From NCBI GenBank assembly GCA_012295275.1, contig CM022668.1, positions 8,246,001 through 8,310,000 of the forward strand: a stretch of 64,000 bases of DNA, read 5' to 3'. Below, one piece after another: positions 52,677 through 64,000 of this stretch. The position numbers and the translations under genes were made by a program. The notes beneath the pieces were generated by a model. That model saw only the letters and a list, made by a program, of their open reading frames with translations, had not been told where the DNA came from and did not search any database. Each line of letters begins with the position of its first letter. Within the stretch, counting starts at the first letter, position 1. The DNA is from Chrysomallon squamiferum. Lineage: Eukaryota; Animalia; Mollusca.

Positions 52677-52905
52677 TACAAAATAGTAATCAAAAAATAA
52701 AAATGAATATGAACAAACTTACGTTACTTCATGGTGAGAGGGTATCGAGGGAATTATTATCAAAGTTTATTAGTTTGCAAATCTTGATCTAGACCCAGAT
52801 TAATTTATCGTATTTTGCTCGGACGTAAACTACCCGTGTATAACCGTTTTTAATTTATGTTTTACTGTTTAAGTGCCAGCTTTTGGTCAGATCTATTTCA
52901 TGTAA

Positions 52906-52981
<76 letters not shown>

Positions 52982-53642
52982 CCCCTCTATTTTTATCAGC
53001 TTCTTCTTTTTTCTAATTCATTCAGTTCTTTGATTTCTCGAATTTGGTACAGTACCGAAAGCAATCGATCGATTTAGGTTAATTATGAAAACAGGACAAG
53101 ACCCCTTACTCTTTCATGTTGTAAATGAATGAGTTTCGTTCCCTGTTGGTTTATGTAAATAACAAATGATGAAATTTATTTTATTTTGAATAAATAAAAA
53201 ATGATGAAATTTATTTTATTTTGAATATATATCCACAACAATGGTTATGATGGTGTACCATAGCTTTTTTTCTGCAGACGTAGATCCGCCCCTGGAGCTG
53301 CCGTTAGAACTTGAATCGCAGACAAGGTCAGTAACTACCGATAGTGTTCATTTAACAGCTGTCTGAATCAATCAATCTTACCTGTATTGATTTTTCATTT
53401 TTGATTTAAACGTTTCAGGGTTCGTCTCAAAGTTTTCTTTATCTCCAGGCTTTGTCATAACTAAGAATCAGTCAAGAAACGATGCATTTGATTAAGGGAT
53501 TAAATATTTATGTAAAGAACAAAGCAGAAACGTAATATCTGAGTTTGAAATTATATATTTATATTAGTAATGTCAAAAATACTGCAAAATAAGATTTAAT
53601 GTTAATTTTTTTTTACATGGAGATACTTGACTACAACCATCA

Positions 53643-53675
<33 letters not shown>

Positions 53676-53924
53676 CTACTACTACTACTACTACTACTAC
53701 TACCAGTATGCAGCTGTTGGTTCTACTACAGTTACTATCAGAGCAGCTACAATAACAGTTACATGTATTTTTACTCTAATACTATTACTACTACCTCTGT
53801 AGCTGTTGCTTCTACTACTTAGTCATTACAACTACAGAGACACTACTATCACTCTAAAACTACTACCACTACCATTATCACTACCACTTCTATTCTTACT
53901 ATTATTATATTAGTACTAGCTCTT

Positions 53925-54060
53925 TCTTTTACTACTACTACTACTCATTCTATTACTGCAACTACTACTACTACTCATTCTATTACTGCAACTACTACTA
54001 CTACTCATACTATTACTGCAACTACTACTTCTACTCATACTGTTACTGCTACTTCCACTA
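53925..54060. repeat. 30-bp ACT-derived minisatellite (actactactactactcattctattactgca)
   Basis: About 4 tandem copies. Confidence 0.8.
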
Positions 54061-54648
54061 TATTATGGCAGTTTCTGCTTATATTACTACTTTTACCATT
54101 AAAATATCTGCTGCTAACATTATAGTGATTACTACTACAATTTCAGCTACTATTACTACTAGTACTACTACTACTACTATTACGGCTACAGCAATACAAA
54201 AAACCCAGTTCAAACAAAATCCTCTTCAACTACAATAATATAAAAACTAAATATATAAATAAAGAACAAAATAAGTAGAAGATTTTTGTCTTTTTTGTGA
54301 ATCTTGAGATGATCCCCCAGTTTACTAGTACTAGAGGTGATGATTGAACAGAGATTTATATCATATGCTTATTACATATCTTTAATATCCCACAGCACAC
54401 ACAGGTAGGTCACAGCATATTCACAGTACATTATATGTTTTCTTTGTTAAGGTATTGATTAGTTGTTTGTTTACTATTATCTGTCTGTCTGTATGTCTGT
54501 CTCTGAGATTATCCAGCTATTTTTGTAAGTTAATGTTAGATATATGGATAATACAGATAAAAAAAAAGCAATATAACAAAAAAATAATTACATTCAGACA
54601 TAGGTATATTCAAACAAACATACAGACAGATGAACACAAATATACATA

Positions 54649-54710
<62 letters not shown>

Positions 54711-55994
54711 TCATGCATACACATACATATATCCACACTGAACTTCTCCATTTCACACAGACATCACATATTTGTTTTGACAACTATTTCACTGTTACAA
54801 AACTAACTTAGTAATTAATACAACTGAGCTTCTTTTATGCTTCATTGATTTCTAGATTAACATGGTTCAATTAACATTATCAGGCCACAATGGAGAAAAA
54901 CCTCAACAAAATCATGCGGCCATGAAATAAGATTATCAGTACTTATCCTTCAGTTACAGTGTAATTAATATGCAAATCACATCAATTGTTTTTTTCCTTT
55001 TCAGAATTGATTTGTTATATACTTTTCTTATTTAGTATAATTCTTTCTTTCAGTATTATTTGAAAAAAAAACCCACAATGCCTCTGTTTTGTGACAAAAT
55101 GTAATATTTTCATATTATCTGATGGTGTATTTGATGGAACATTTTTTTGCCAAATATTTCTTAATTATGTGAAAGTGTAATGTGGCAGAAATAAAACTTC
55201 AGAAATATTTTAGTGTGTTGATAATTCAGTGATAGTTTACTGTGAGGGAAAACATAGGCTGTTGCAGTTTGTGAAAAACAAATTTCAGTTATGTGATTGT
55301 TAAAATTAACACAAAATGAATGAAGAATCATCATGGACTACTATTTCTGGTATATTATTTTTTAAGAAAACTTCTTAATATTCTGATACATAGATACAAT
55401 TGCTATCTATGTATAATTTGGATTTTTGTAGAGGACATACTGTGTTCAGGTAAGCTGAATTTGTGGAAATTAGGAACTAAAAAACAGAACATTTTTATTT
55501 CTTTTCTTCCCTTATTTTTCTTTTTCTTTTCTCTTCTTTGATGTCACTCTTTCTTTTCCCTCTTTTTCTCTTTCTATCTGTCTCACTGACTCTTTTCTAT
55601 CTCTTTCGCTCTGTTTCTCAATTTCTGTCTTACTATTTCCTTTTTTCCTTTCTCTCACTCTTCTTGTCAGTATTTGTCTCACTCTTTCTATCTCTGTTAT
55701 TTCGTTTCTCTGTATGTACAGTTTTGTGTATTTATAATAATAATAATAATAGTAATAATAGTAGCAACAACTACTACTACTACTTCGAAAACCATGTTTT
55801 TACTGCAAAATACAATGTATGTGTGTATGTGTGCATAGCATGTTTATATATAATCTTTCTATCACAGACATCAGTACACAACCCACACACTAATATACAT
55901 ACATACAGACAAACATATATACATACACTCAGAGCATAACACTGAAACACACACACACACACACCTACACACACACATACAAAAACAAACACAA

Positions 55995-56260
55995 ACACGT
56001 GCATATATATAAGAATATATACACACACACACAGTAACATATATATAAGAATATATACAGACACACACAAACATATACATAGAAACATAGATCTACATTA
56101 ACATCCCACAACACACACATACACACACACACACAGTAACATATATATAAGAATATATATACACACACACAGTAACATATATATAAGAATATATACAGAC
56201 ACACACAAACATATACATAGAAACATAGATCTACATTAACATCCCACAACACACGCATAT

Positions 56261-56291
<31 letters not shown>

Positions 56292-56528
56292 AGAATATAT
56301 ACACACACACACATACATACGACACAGAAACATAGATCTACATTTACATCCCACAACACACGCATATACACACACACATACACACATACAGTAACATATA
56401 TATAAGAAGATATACAGACACACACAAACATATACATAGAAACATAGATCTACATTAACATCCCACAACACAAACATACATACACACATACACACACACA
56501 CACACACATACACATACACACATATATA

Positions 56529-56566
<38 letters not shown>

Positions 56567-56990
56567 CACACATACACATAGTAACATCTATATAAGAATA
56601 TATACACACACACACAAACATATACATAGAAACATAGATCTACATTAACATCCCACAACACACACATACACACACACACACACAGTAACATATATATAAG
56701 AATATATACACACACACACAAACATATACATAGAAACATAGATCTACATTAACATCCCACAACACACGCATATACACACACGCATACACACACACACACA
56801 TACACACACACATACACACACACACACACATACACATACACACACATGCATACACACACACATACATACATACACACACAAACATACACACACACATACA
56901 CACATACACACACATGCAAACACACACACACACATACACACACACATACACACACATATGCACACACATACACACACACACACACACAAA
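55995..56990. repeat. Compound satellite: ~90-120-bp unit with core catagaaacatagatctacattaacatcccacaacac and embedded (CA)n/(TA)n
   Basis: Core recurs about 6 times (near 56080, 56218, 56325, 56436, 56626, 56730). Confidence 0.85.
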
Positions 56991-58164
56991 GGCAGAGTGA
57001 AACAGATGTACAAATATACAAACATATAAAGACAAACACATAAACATGTATATGCACATACTTACACACAGTAATAAAAAAACATATATCCACATACAAG
57101 TACATAAATACACTCAGACATATGCAGATATCCAACTTGTACTCTCAGATATTCACAGTAGTTACACACATATATATACAAACATATATGTGTGTTTGTG
57201 TGTGTATATGTGTGTGTGCATGTGTTGTCTATATATACATATACCTATATACACATGCACACATTGTCATTGAAAAACACATGACACACAAATACATAAA
57301 CACAAAAAATGCACACACAGACACTCAGACATTGACTGCTGAAAGACAATACAGCTACTTGTTTGATACGAGATTGTTATATTACAAAGCAGAGATTTGC
57401 TCACATTAAAGTGGGTATTAAAATCGTGTTATTACATGCTCCATGCCTAAGTAGCAGTCAGGATTATATTTTACATGGGTTACAGGTTAATAGAAGCTTG
57501 TATTTATGTTTGGTGAATTAGGTGTGTATGTATGTGTGTGTGTGTATGTGTGTGTGGGGGGTTGTATGTGGATGGTGTGAAAAAAGAAGAAAAATGAAAG
57601 AATAAATCAATAAAATAAAAGTAAAGAAAGAAAATTAAGAAATAATAAAATAAAATAAATAAACATGAAAATAAATAAATAAATAAAATAAATAAGTAAA
57701 TAAGTAAAATAGTAAGTAAGAAAATAAATAAATAAATAAATAAATAAAGGTAAAAATAGATAAAATTTAAATAAATTAATAAATTAGAAACAAAACCAAC
57801 AGACACTAAGTAACTAAATGATTATAACACAAAAAAATATATAATAATAAAAAAAATAATAAATAAAAAAAACTAAATTTACAGTGAGAGACTGAAATTA
57901 AAAAGATAAATTTTAAAATTTATGTCTTTCCACACAAACTTTATAGTCAGGCCAAACAAATAAAAGTGTAATTTTATCAGTATGAGAAAGTGTATTAAAT
58001 CTGCCATGGTAGATTAACCCCTTATGTGCTAAATGCCTGTATGTTTGACAGATCTAGGTAATTAATAGCACTTTAAACATGCATGACATGATGTCAGCTC
58101 AAAACCATTGAATGTTTGTGGTGTATATAGGTATGTAGGTAAGTGTGTGTGTGTGTGTGTATGT

Positions 58165-58256
<92 letters not shown>

Positions 58257-58873
58257 TCAAAAGAGTTCTTATATATATATTTGAACGTGTGTGTGTGTCG
58301 TATATGTGACTATGTCTGTCTATATGAATAGATTTATTTTTAAAAAAAATTTTGAATTTGAAAATATTTGAAACAATTATCAGTTTGTGTAAAGTATTTA
58401 TAAATAAACATTTCTCCATGCTTTTACAATAAATACAAAAGCATTCAAACAACAATGAAAATCTTCTTTTTACTATGCCACCACTGACATTATTTCTTGT
58501 AACTGTGTCCTGTATGAATGTATTTATTTATTTATTTACTTACTTGTGTACTAAATTCTTAAGAATTAGAAAATACTGAGGAACCTTTGAATTGGAAAAT
58601 ACTGAGGAATCTTTTTATTAGAAATAATTGGAAAGTATTTATAAATATATATTTTTCTCCATATCTTTTACAACAGCTACAAAACAACATTCCCAAAGAG
58701 AACCAAATAACAATGAAAACATTCTTTTAACTACACCAAACATACATTATTCCATTTAGTGAACAGCAGAATCAGTCAATGTAAAATAAGACAGGTATTA
58801 ATAGAAAAGGGTTGTTATAAAGTGTTATGTCACAGCATATTTTTTACATGAGTGCTTTTAAGTCAGTTACTGT

Positions 58874-59006
58874 AGTGAGTACCATGTTTTATAAAAACTG
58901 TTGTACAAGAAAGTGAAATGGAAAAATGCTTTGTAAGTTTTGATTACCTAAAATTCATTTAAGGTAAGCTTTAATTATTATGTTTTTAATTTTGTAATTT
59001 TATAAG
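58874..59006 (-). repeat. ~130-bp repeat, inverted partner of 47347-47477
   Basis: agtgagtaccatgttttataaaaactgttgtacaa...ttttgtaattttataag. Confidence 0.85.
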
Positions 59007-59132
59007 TGGTATTTAATTTTAAGGTGTACCTTTTGAGAAAAGAAAAATTGTTTAAGTTCATTCTTCGCATTTGCAAGTTTTGTTATACTGTTTATTTCTT
59101 ACTATATATATATATATACATACAAACACACA

Positions 59133-59235
<103 letters not shown>

Positions 59236-62224
59236 AATGTCATGTAATTTTATTACTATTATTTATTTATTTATTTATTTTTTAAATTTATTTATTTATT
59301 CATAATAAAAGTAGACTATAGACAATGATTTGAAATATTTTAATACTTTCAAGCTACTGTTTTGTCTATATACGAGTGTATGTCATACCTATATATATGT
59401 CTGTTTGTTAAAGGATATTTAAAAATAAAAAAAAAAAAAAGATGCAAAAACAGGAATATTTTATATATATTATGTATGTTACTAACAGATTGTTATATAA
59501 TTATTAAGAAAGAAAGAATGAAAAAAATAAAAATAAAATAGATAAAAAAAATAGAGAAACATAAACAAATTACAATAAAATAAACGAATAAAGAAAATGT
59601 AAAATATAATAAAAAAGGAATAAATAGAAATAAAAACAAATATAAAATGAATAAAATAAACAAAAACAAGTATGAAAAAAAAAAATAACTATTTATTTTT
59701 GACTGAACAAATATGTACACTGCAGATAATCCCCTGATTATGACCAGGTTGCATTCAGATCAACTGGACATCCTCAGAATGGACATTACCCATAATTCTC
59801 TTAAGTGTCTTTGTTTATTTATGAAATATTACACAGCACATACAGTAAGGAAATCAACCATGATTTTTATTTATCTTTTCTCTCTCATAGTTTAAATTTT
59901 TATTTTTATTTTGTTTGTTTTCATTGTCATAAGTACAGATACAAGTTTCAGGGGTCATAAAGAGAGGGTGGGGTCAAGCTTTTGTCATAACTGGAAATAA
60001 TATTACTAAATGTAAAATGCAAATACTAACAAACCAAATTAATCTGGTAACAAATAAAGTCTTTATAGATTATATACTTGAGCATCATAACCCTATTTCT
60101 GTAATCCTTATATCAATATTTTTCTATTTTTATTTTCTTTCTTTTTTTTCCTTTTGACAAAAAAAAAAAAAATTAAACGAAAAAGCAAAAAATTGTATAA
60201 GCAATTAAGTAATTATTTCTTTTTATCAATACATTTAAGGAAGAAAAATCTGTAATAATTAAATCTGTGTCTTAACATGTTTTGGTTTGTGATGAAGTGT
60301 TAAAACAGTATGGAAAGGAGGAGGAATGATAAGGCTGGAAACTGGAAGTGTTAACAAAGAAGTATTGAAATGTTGAACCAAACTGTCAGTGACCATACAG
60401 GTTCAGAAATGTGTAAATATACATAAATCTGTGTGTGTGTGTGTGTGTGCAGAGAATGAGAAAGATAGGTAGACACACACAGACACAAACATATACAAAT
60501 AACTACCAAATGTTTATATTTTTATACTTCTTTAACACACATATAAACCCCACATATTTACATTTTATGCTTTTTTAATCTTTGTAGCCAGGTAAAGTTT
60601 ACCTATGATTTAAAACAGGTAAGATACAGGCAGTTAAACACACCTGTATGTTGTATGTAGTTATTTATGTGCCTGTTGTCAGTCCACTGCAGTACTTAAA
60701 TTTAGAAGTGATTTCTTTCTGTGGGGTTCAGTGGTCAGGTGTTCAGTTTTAAACAGATCAGGAAGTCTTCAGGTGGGAACTATATTTTTCTAATTTTAAA
60801 TTTTAAAGGTCAGTTTGTTTTAATTTAATTAATAATTTTCTTACATTAATTCTTTTTTTAATTAAAATTCTGAAATAGTTTTATTAATTAATTAATTTAC
60901 ATTTAAATTAACATATATGTTAAAGATTATCTCTGTTAGCAATTTAAACAATTTTTGTAAGCTTTAATTTTTTAATCAAGGTATTATAAACAGTTTATAA
61001 TTTGTTTTTAATTAAGATGTTGCTTTAGGGAATTTTCTATTATTTATATAAATAGTGGTCATAATTTAAACCATAGTTTATTTTTTCATCATTATCATTC
61101 ATGAATTTCTTTTTAATTAAAATAAATTTTTACACAATTTTCTATTATTTATATAAATAGTTGATTTTTTGTTTTTTTTTAATTAAAAAATGTTAAATGG
61201 TTTAAATTATTATATTATTATTTTGTTTTGTTTTTTAACCATGATCATTCATGTAGCCCGAATATGTTAGATGAAAGTTTTGTCATGCTGTTTTCACATC
61301 TTTCTGTCTTGCCCTGTCCTCTGCCAGATGATTCAAATCCAGGCTCATTTAGTTCATCAGTCCACCATTTCACTTCCTCCAGATCAGTCAGTGGCAAATG
61401 TGACCCAGCAGACTCTCTGACACACCTAATTTCACTAAGCAAACAAAGATTATTAGAAGTTCATCCTGCCTCATAATGAGCCCACTTCACAAAAAAATGT
61501 CTGTCATTCATTATTTCCTTTCATATAGTTTCCTACTGGTCATACTGTTGTCTGTCCATCCTTTATTCTACTGAGGTGACCAGTTCAGATACATACTTGA
61601 TCTTTAATTGTTGAATATTATGTTTTTGTTTTATTTTATTTACCAAAAATATTATTTCAATTAAACATAATTTATTAATCTCAGGTAATTAAATTATATT
61701 TACATTGCTATTAGTAATGTTTTTATCAATTTTTTTAGTAAAAATATTATCTATTGATTAAACATAATTAATATCGGGTAATTAAATTATGTTTACAATG
61801 ATGTTAGTACTTTTCAGTTAGAGGTCTGTCTAAGGTTTGAACAAAATTTATAAATTACAATTTTATTTTTCAGGTTCTGCAGAGGCTTCAGGTTTGAAAA
61901 TAATGAAAGATGCAAAAGTTAACAAAAGAACAAACATGATTTTATGATTCAAATAAACTTTGATTGGTGATAGCATCATGTCACTAAGTGATTTAGTGAT
62001 TTGAAAGAATAAAATGATAATTAAATGTAATTGCAAAAGTGATCAAAACAAAACTGTGATTAGTGATAGTGATCACATGTCAATATGAAAAAGAAAATCA
62101 CATTTCATATTAGTGATTTCATTATTTGCTCTTAGAAGGCAAGAATTAGTGCTCTGTATTAAGTGGTTTAACATTCTGAAACAGTGGAACATGTGTTAAA
62201 ATTCAGAGTTAGTGGATTAATGTT

Positions 62225-62400
62225 AAAATACCTGAATCCATGGATTTATGTTAAAAATCAGATTTGATGGATTTATGTTAAAATACTGGAAACTATGGGG
62301 ATGTATTAACCTTCTATATTGGTGGATTTCTGTTACAGTATCTGAATCCATGGATTTGTGTTACAGTATCTGAATCCATGGATTTGTGTTAAACTATCTT
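62225..62400. repeat. Degenerate ~28-bp minisatellite (tctgaatccatggatttgtgttacagta)
   Basis: Two exact copies at 62341-62392 plus decayed upstream copies. Confidence 0.6.
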
Positions 62401-62964
62401 AATTTACTAATTTGTACTAAAATCGGAAATTTAAAATCACCAAATCCATGTTGAAATTAATTTAATTTAACATGATTTAAAATGTAAAAGAAATATTTTA
62501 AAAAAATTATTCAGTTTATTTAAAAAGAAATTATTTTAAAAATAATCTTCTTCACTCAAAAGTGTAATCTTTTCAATTTCTTATGTTAAAGATTATTTAT
62601 AAAATAAAACAAAAATAAAACTGATTCTGCTTAAAAATTTTAAATATAAGGCAAAAAAAAAAGTATGTCTTTGGTGCATAAACTATTCAGTCCATAAATT
62701 TAAATAAATAATAAAAAACAAAATTAAAAAAGTAAAATGTAAATCTTTGGCAGTGAAAGGAAGGTATAAAAAGATTCCTCTATAAAACTGGCAAGAAATC
62801 GTGAAATTTAACCATAAACATTTCAAAAAGTAACAAAGTAGAAAAGATATTTGAAAAAGAGAAGAAAATGTAATAAAAACAAGTAAAAAAAGAGATAAAA
62901 ATTTAAAATTTAAATCTAAGTAAAATATGTTTAAAAAAAATAAAAATAAATAAATAACAAATAA

Positions 62965-63032
<68 letters not shown>

Positions 63033-63057
63033 TAAAGACTTACTGTTGGACTTAACA

Positions 63058-64000
63058 ATGAAATGTGAATCAACATTCAGAAATTCAGAAGTGGATGAAT
63101 CAATTCAATTTGACAGCAAAGAATCAAATAAAAGTGACATCAAGACAAAGATGAACACAAATTTTCACTCAGAAAATAAAACTTTAATGAATGTTGCTGG
63201 CTGTGATGATGTTGACGACAATGATGTTAATTACTTTCATCGCAACAGTGAGGTTAGGAAGGCATTTGGAGCAAAAGGAGGGAATGAGGATGATGCAATG
63301 GTGTTACGACGTGGTTCATGGAGTGAAAAAAGAGCTAACATTAACTCGAAATTAAAAATGGCTGATTCGTTAAAATCTGTTGCAGGGGATTTTTTAAGGG
63401 ATTCTTCAAAGGAGACTGTAAAGGATTTTTCATTGGTGACCCAGAAGCTCACTGTTGAGTCTGTACCAAAACTTGGTGAGTCAAACTGTGAAAAACTCAA
63501 CTCATTTTCACTTCCACCAAGAAATACTGAACAACAACAAAAAACATCTTTATCTCAACCAAAAGTTGAAGAACAAATCAAAATACTTGTATCTTCACCA
63601 GAAAGTGAAGAACCAAAAGTTGAAGAACAAATCAAAATATCTTCATCTCCACCAAGAACTGAAGAACCAAACTGTGAAAATTTAAGCTCAAATCTCTCTC
63701 GTGTTGATTTGATTCTTAACAACAGGTTATTTATGAAACATTTATCAAAGCATTCTGATTTGTTGAAGAAACGCATGCTCTATTCAAAACGGTTTGGAAT
63801 GCGCAAATCAGTGTCCAATATGGACATATCTTGTGCCGATTACACAGAAATTCAGATAAACAGAAACAGTTTGACAGCTGGAAAGAATTCTGAAGTTATG
63901 CAAACCTGTAGTAGCAGCAGTGTGGATGATAGAAAACCTAAAATATGTCGAGAAAATGATGATAAAGATGATAGTGCAGACAATGATGATGTTTTTGCTT
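63058..64000 (+). CDS. Unidentified protein, large first coding exon (>=314 aa, S/E/K/N-rich, likely disordered), truncated by the window end
   Basis: acaATG at 63058 is the first ATG after an in-frame TAA at 62962; no stop for 943 nt in very AT-rich DNA; MKCESTFRNSEVDES...RRGSWSEK...RKSVSNMDI...ADNDDVFA; candidate upstream acceptor ttttatttttcag ending at 61873. Confidence 0.75.
   Translation, partial: MKCESTFRNSEVDESIQFDSKESNKSDIKTKMNTNFHSENKTLMNVAGCDDVDDNDVNYFHRNSEVRKAFGAKGGNEDDAMVLRRGSWSEKRANINSKLKMADSLKSVAGDFLRDSSKETVKDFSLVTQKLTVESVPKLGESNCEKLNSFSLPPRNTEQQQKTSLSQPKVEEQIKILVSSPESEEPKVEEQIKISSSPPRTEEPNCENLSSNLSRVDLILNNRLFMKHLSKHSDLLKKRMLYSKRFGMRKSVSNMDISCADYTEIQINRNSLTAGKNSEVMQTCSSSSVDDRKPKICRENDDKDDSADNDDVFA

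Noticed and set aside
58385-58750. Degenerate ~110-bp direct duplication (aaagtatttataaat...aacaatgaaaa)
   Set aside because: Old local duplication with no TIR, TSD or coding signal; ordinary for this genome.

Overview
AT-rich, microsatellite-dense, intron-containing animal genomic DNA (invertebrate; a mollusc/lophotrochozoan origin is my inference, not established). Reading splice sites by hand gives four protein-coding loci. (1) The 5' part of a Trio/Kalirin-family RhoGEF on the minus strand: 14 coding exons at 16474->3802 (SEC14 domain plus spectrin repeats), continuing off the left edge. (2) A WDR86-like WD40 gene on the plus strand (30114-42045). (3) SNAPC5/SNAP19 on the minus strand (51602->50172, 122 aa). 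(4) An unidentified long plus-strand ORF from 63058 that runs off the right edge and is missing from the ORF track. The most interesting signals are: a pair of duplicated 104-nt exons in WDR86 whose phases force mutually exclusive use; minisatellites built from duplicated exon/intron junctions of Trio, which create arrays of decoy splice sites with in-frame stops; a complete 2-kb non-autonomous hAT element (TIRs plus 8-bp TSD) carrying a ~29-copy 40-bp minisatellite; one frameshift each in Trio and WDR86 (probably assembly indels); and an inverted repeat pair bracketing SNAPC5. Most ORF-track entries are microsatellite or antisense noise.
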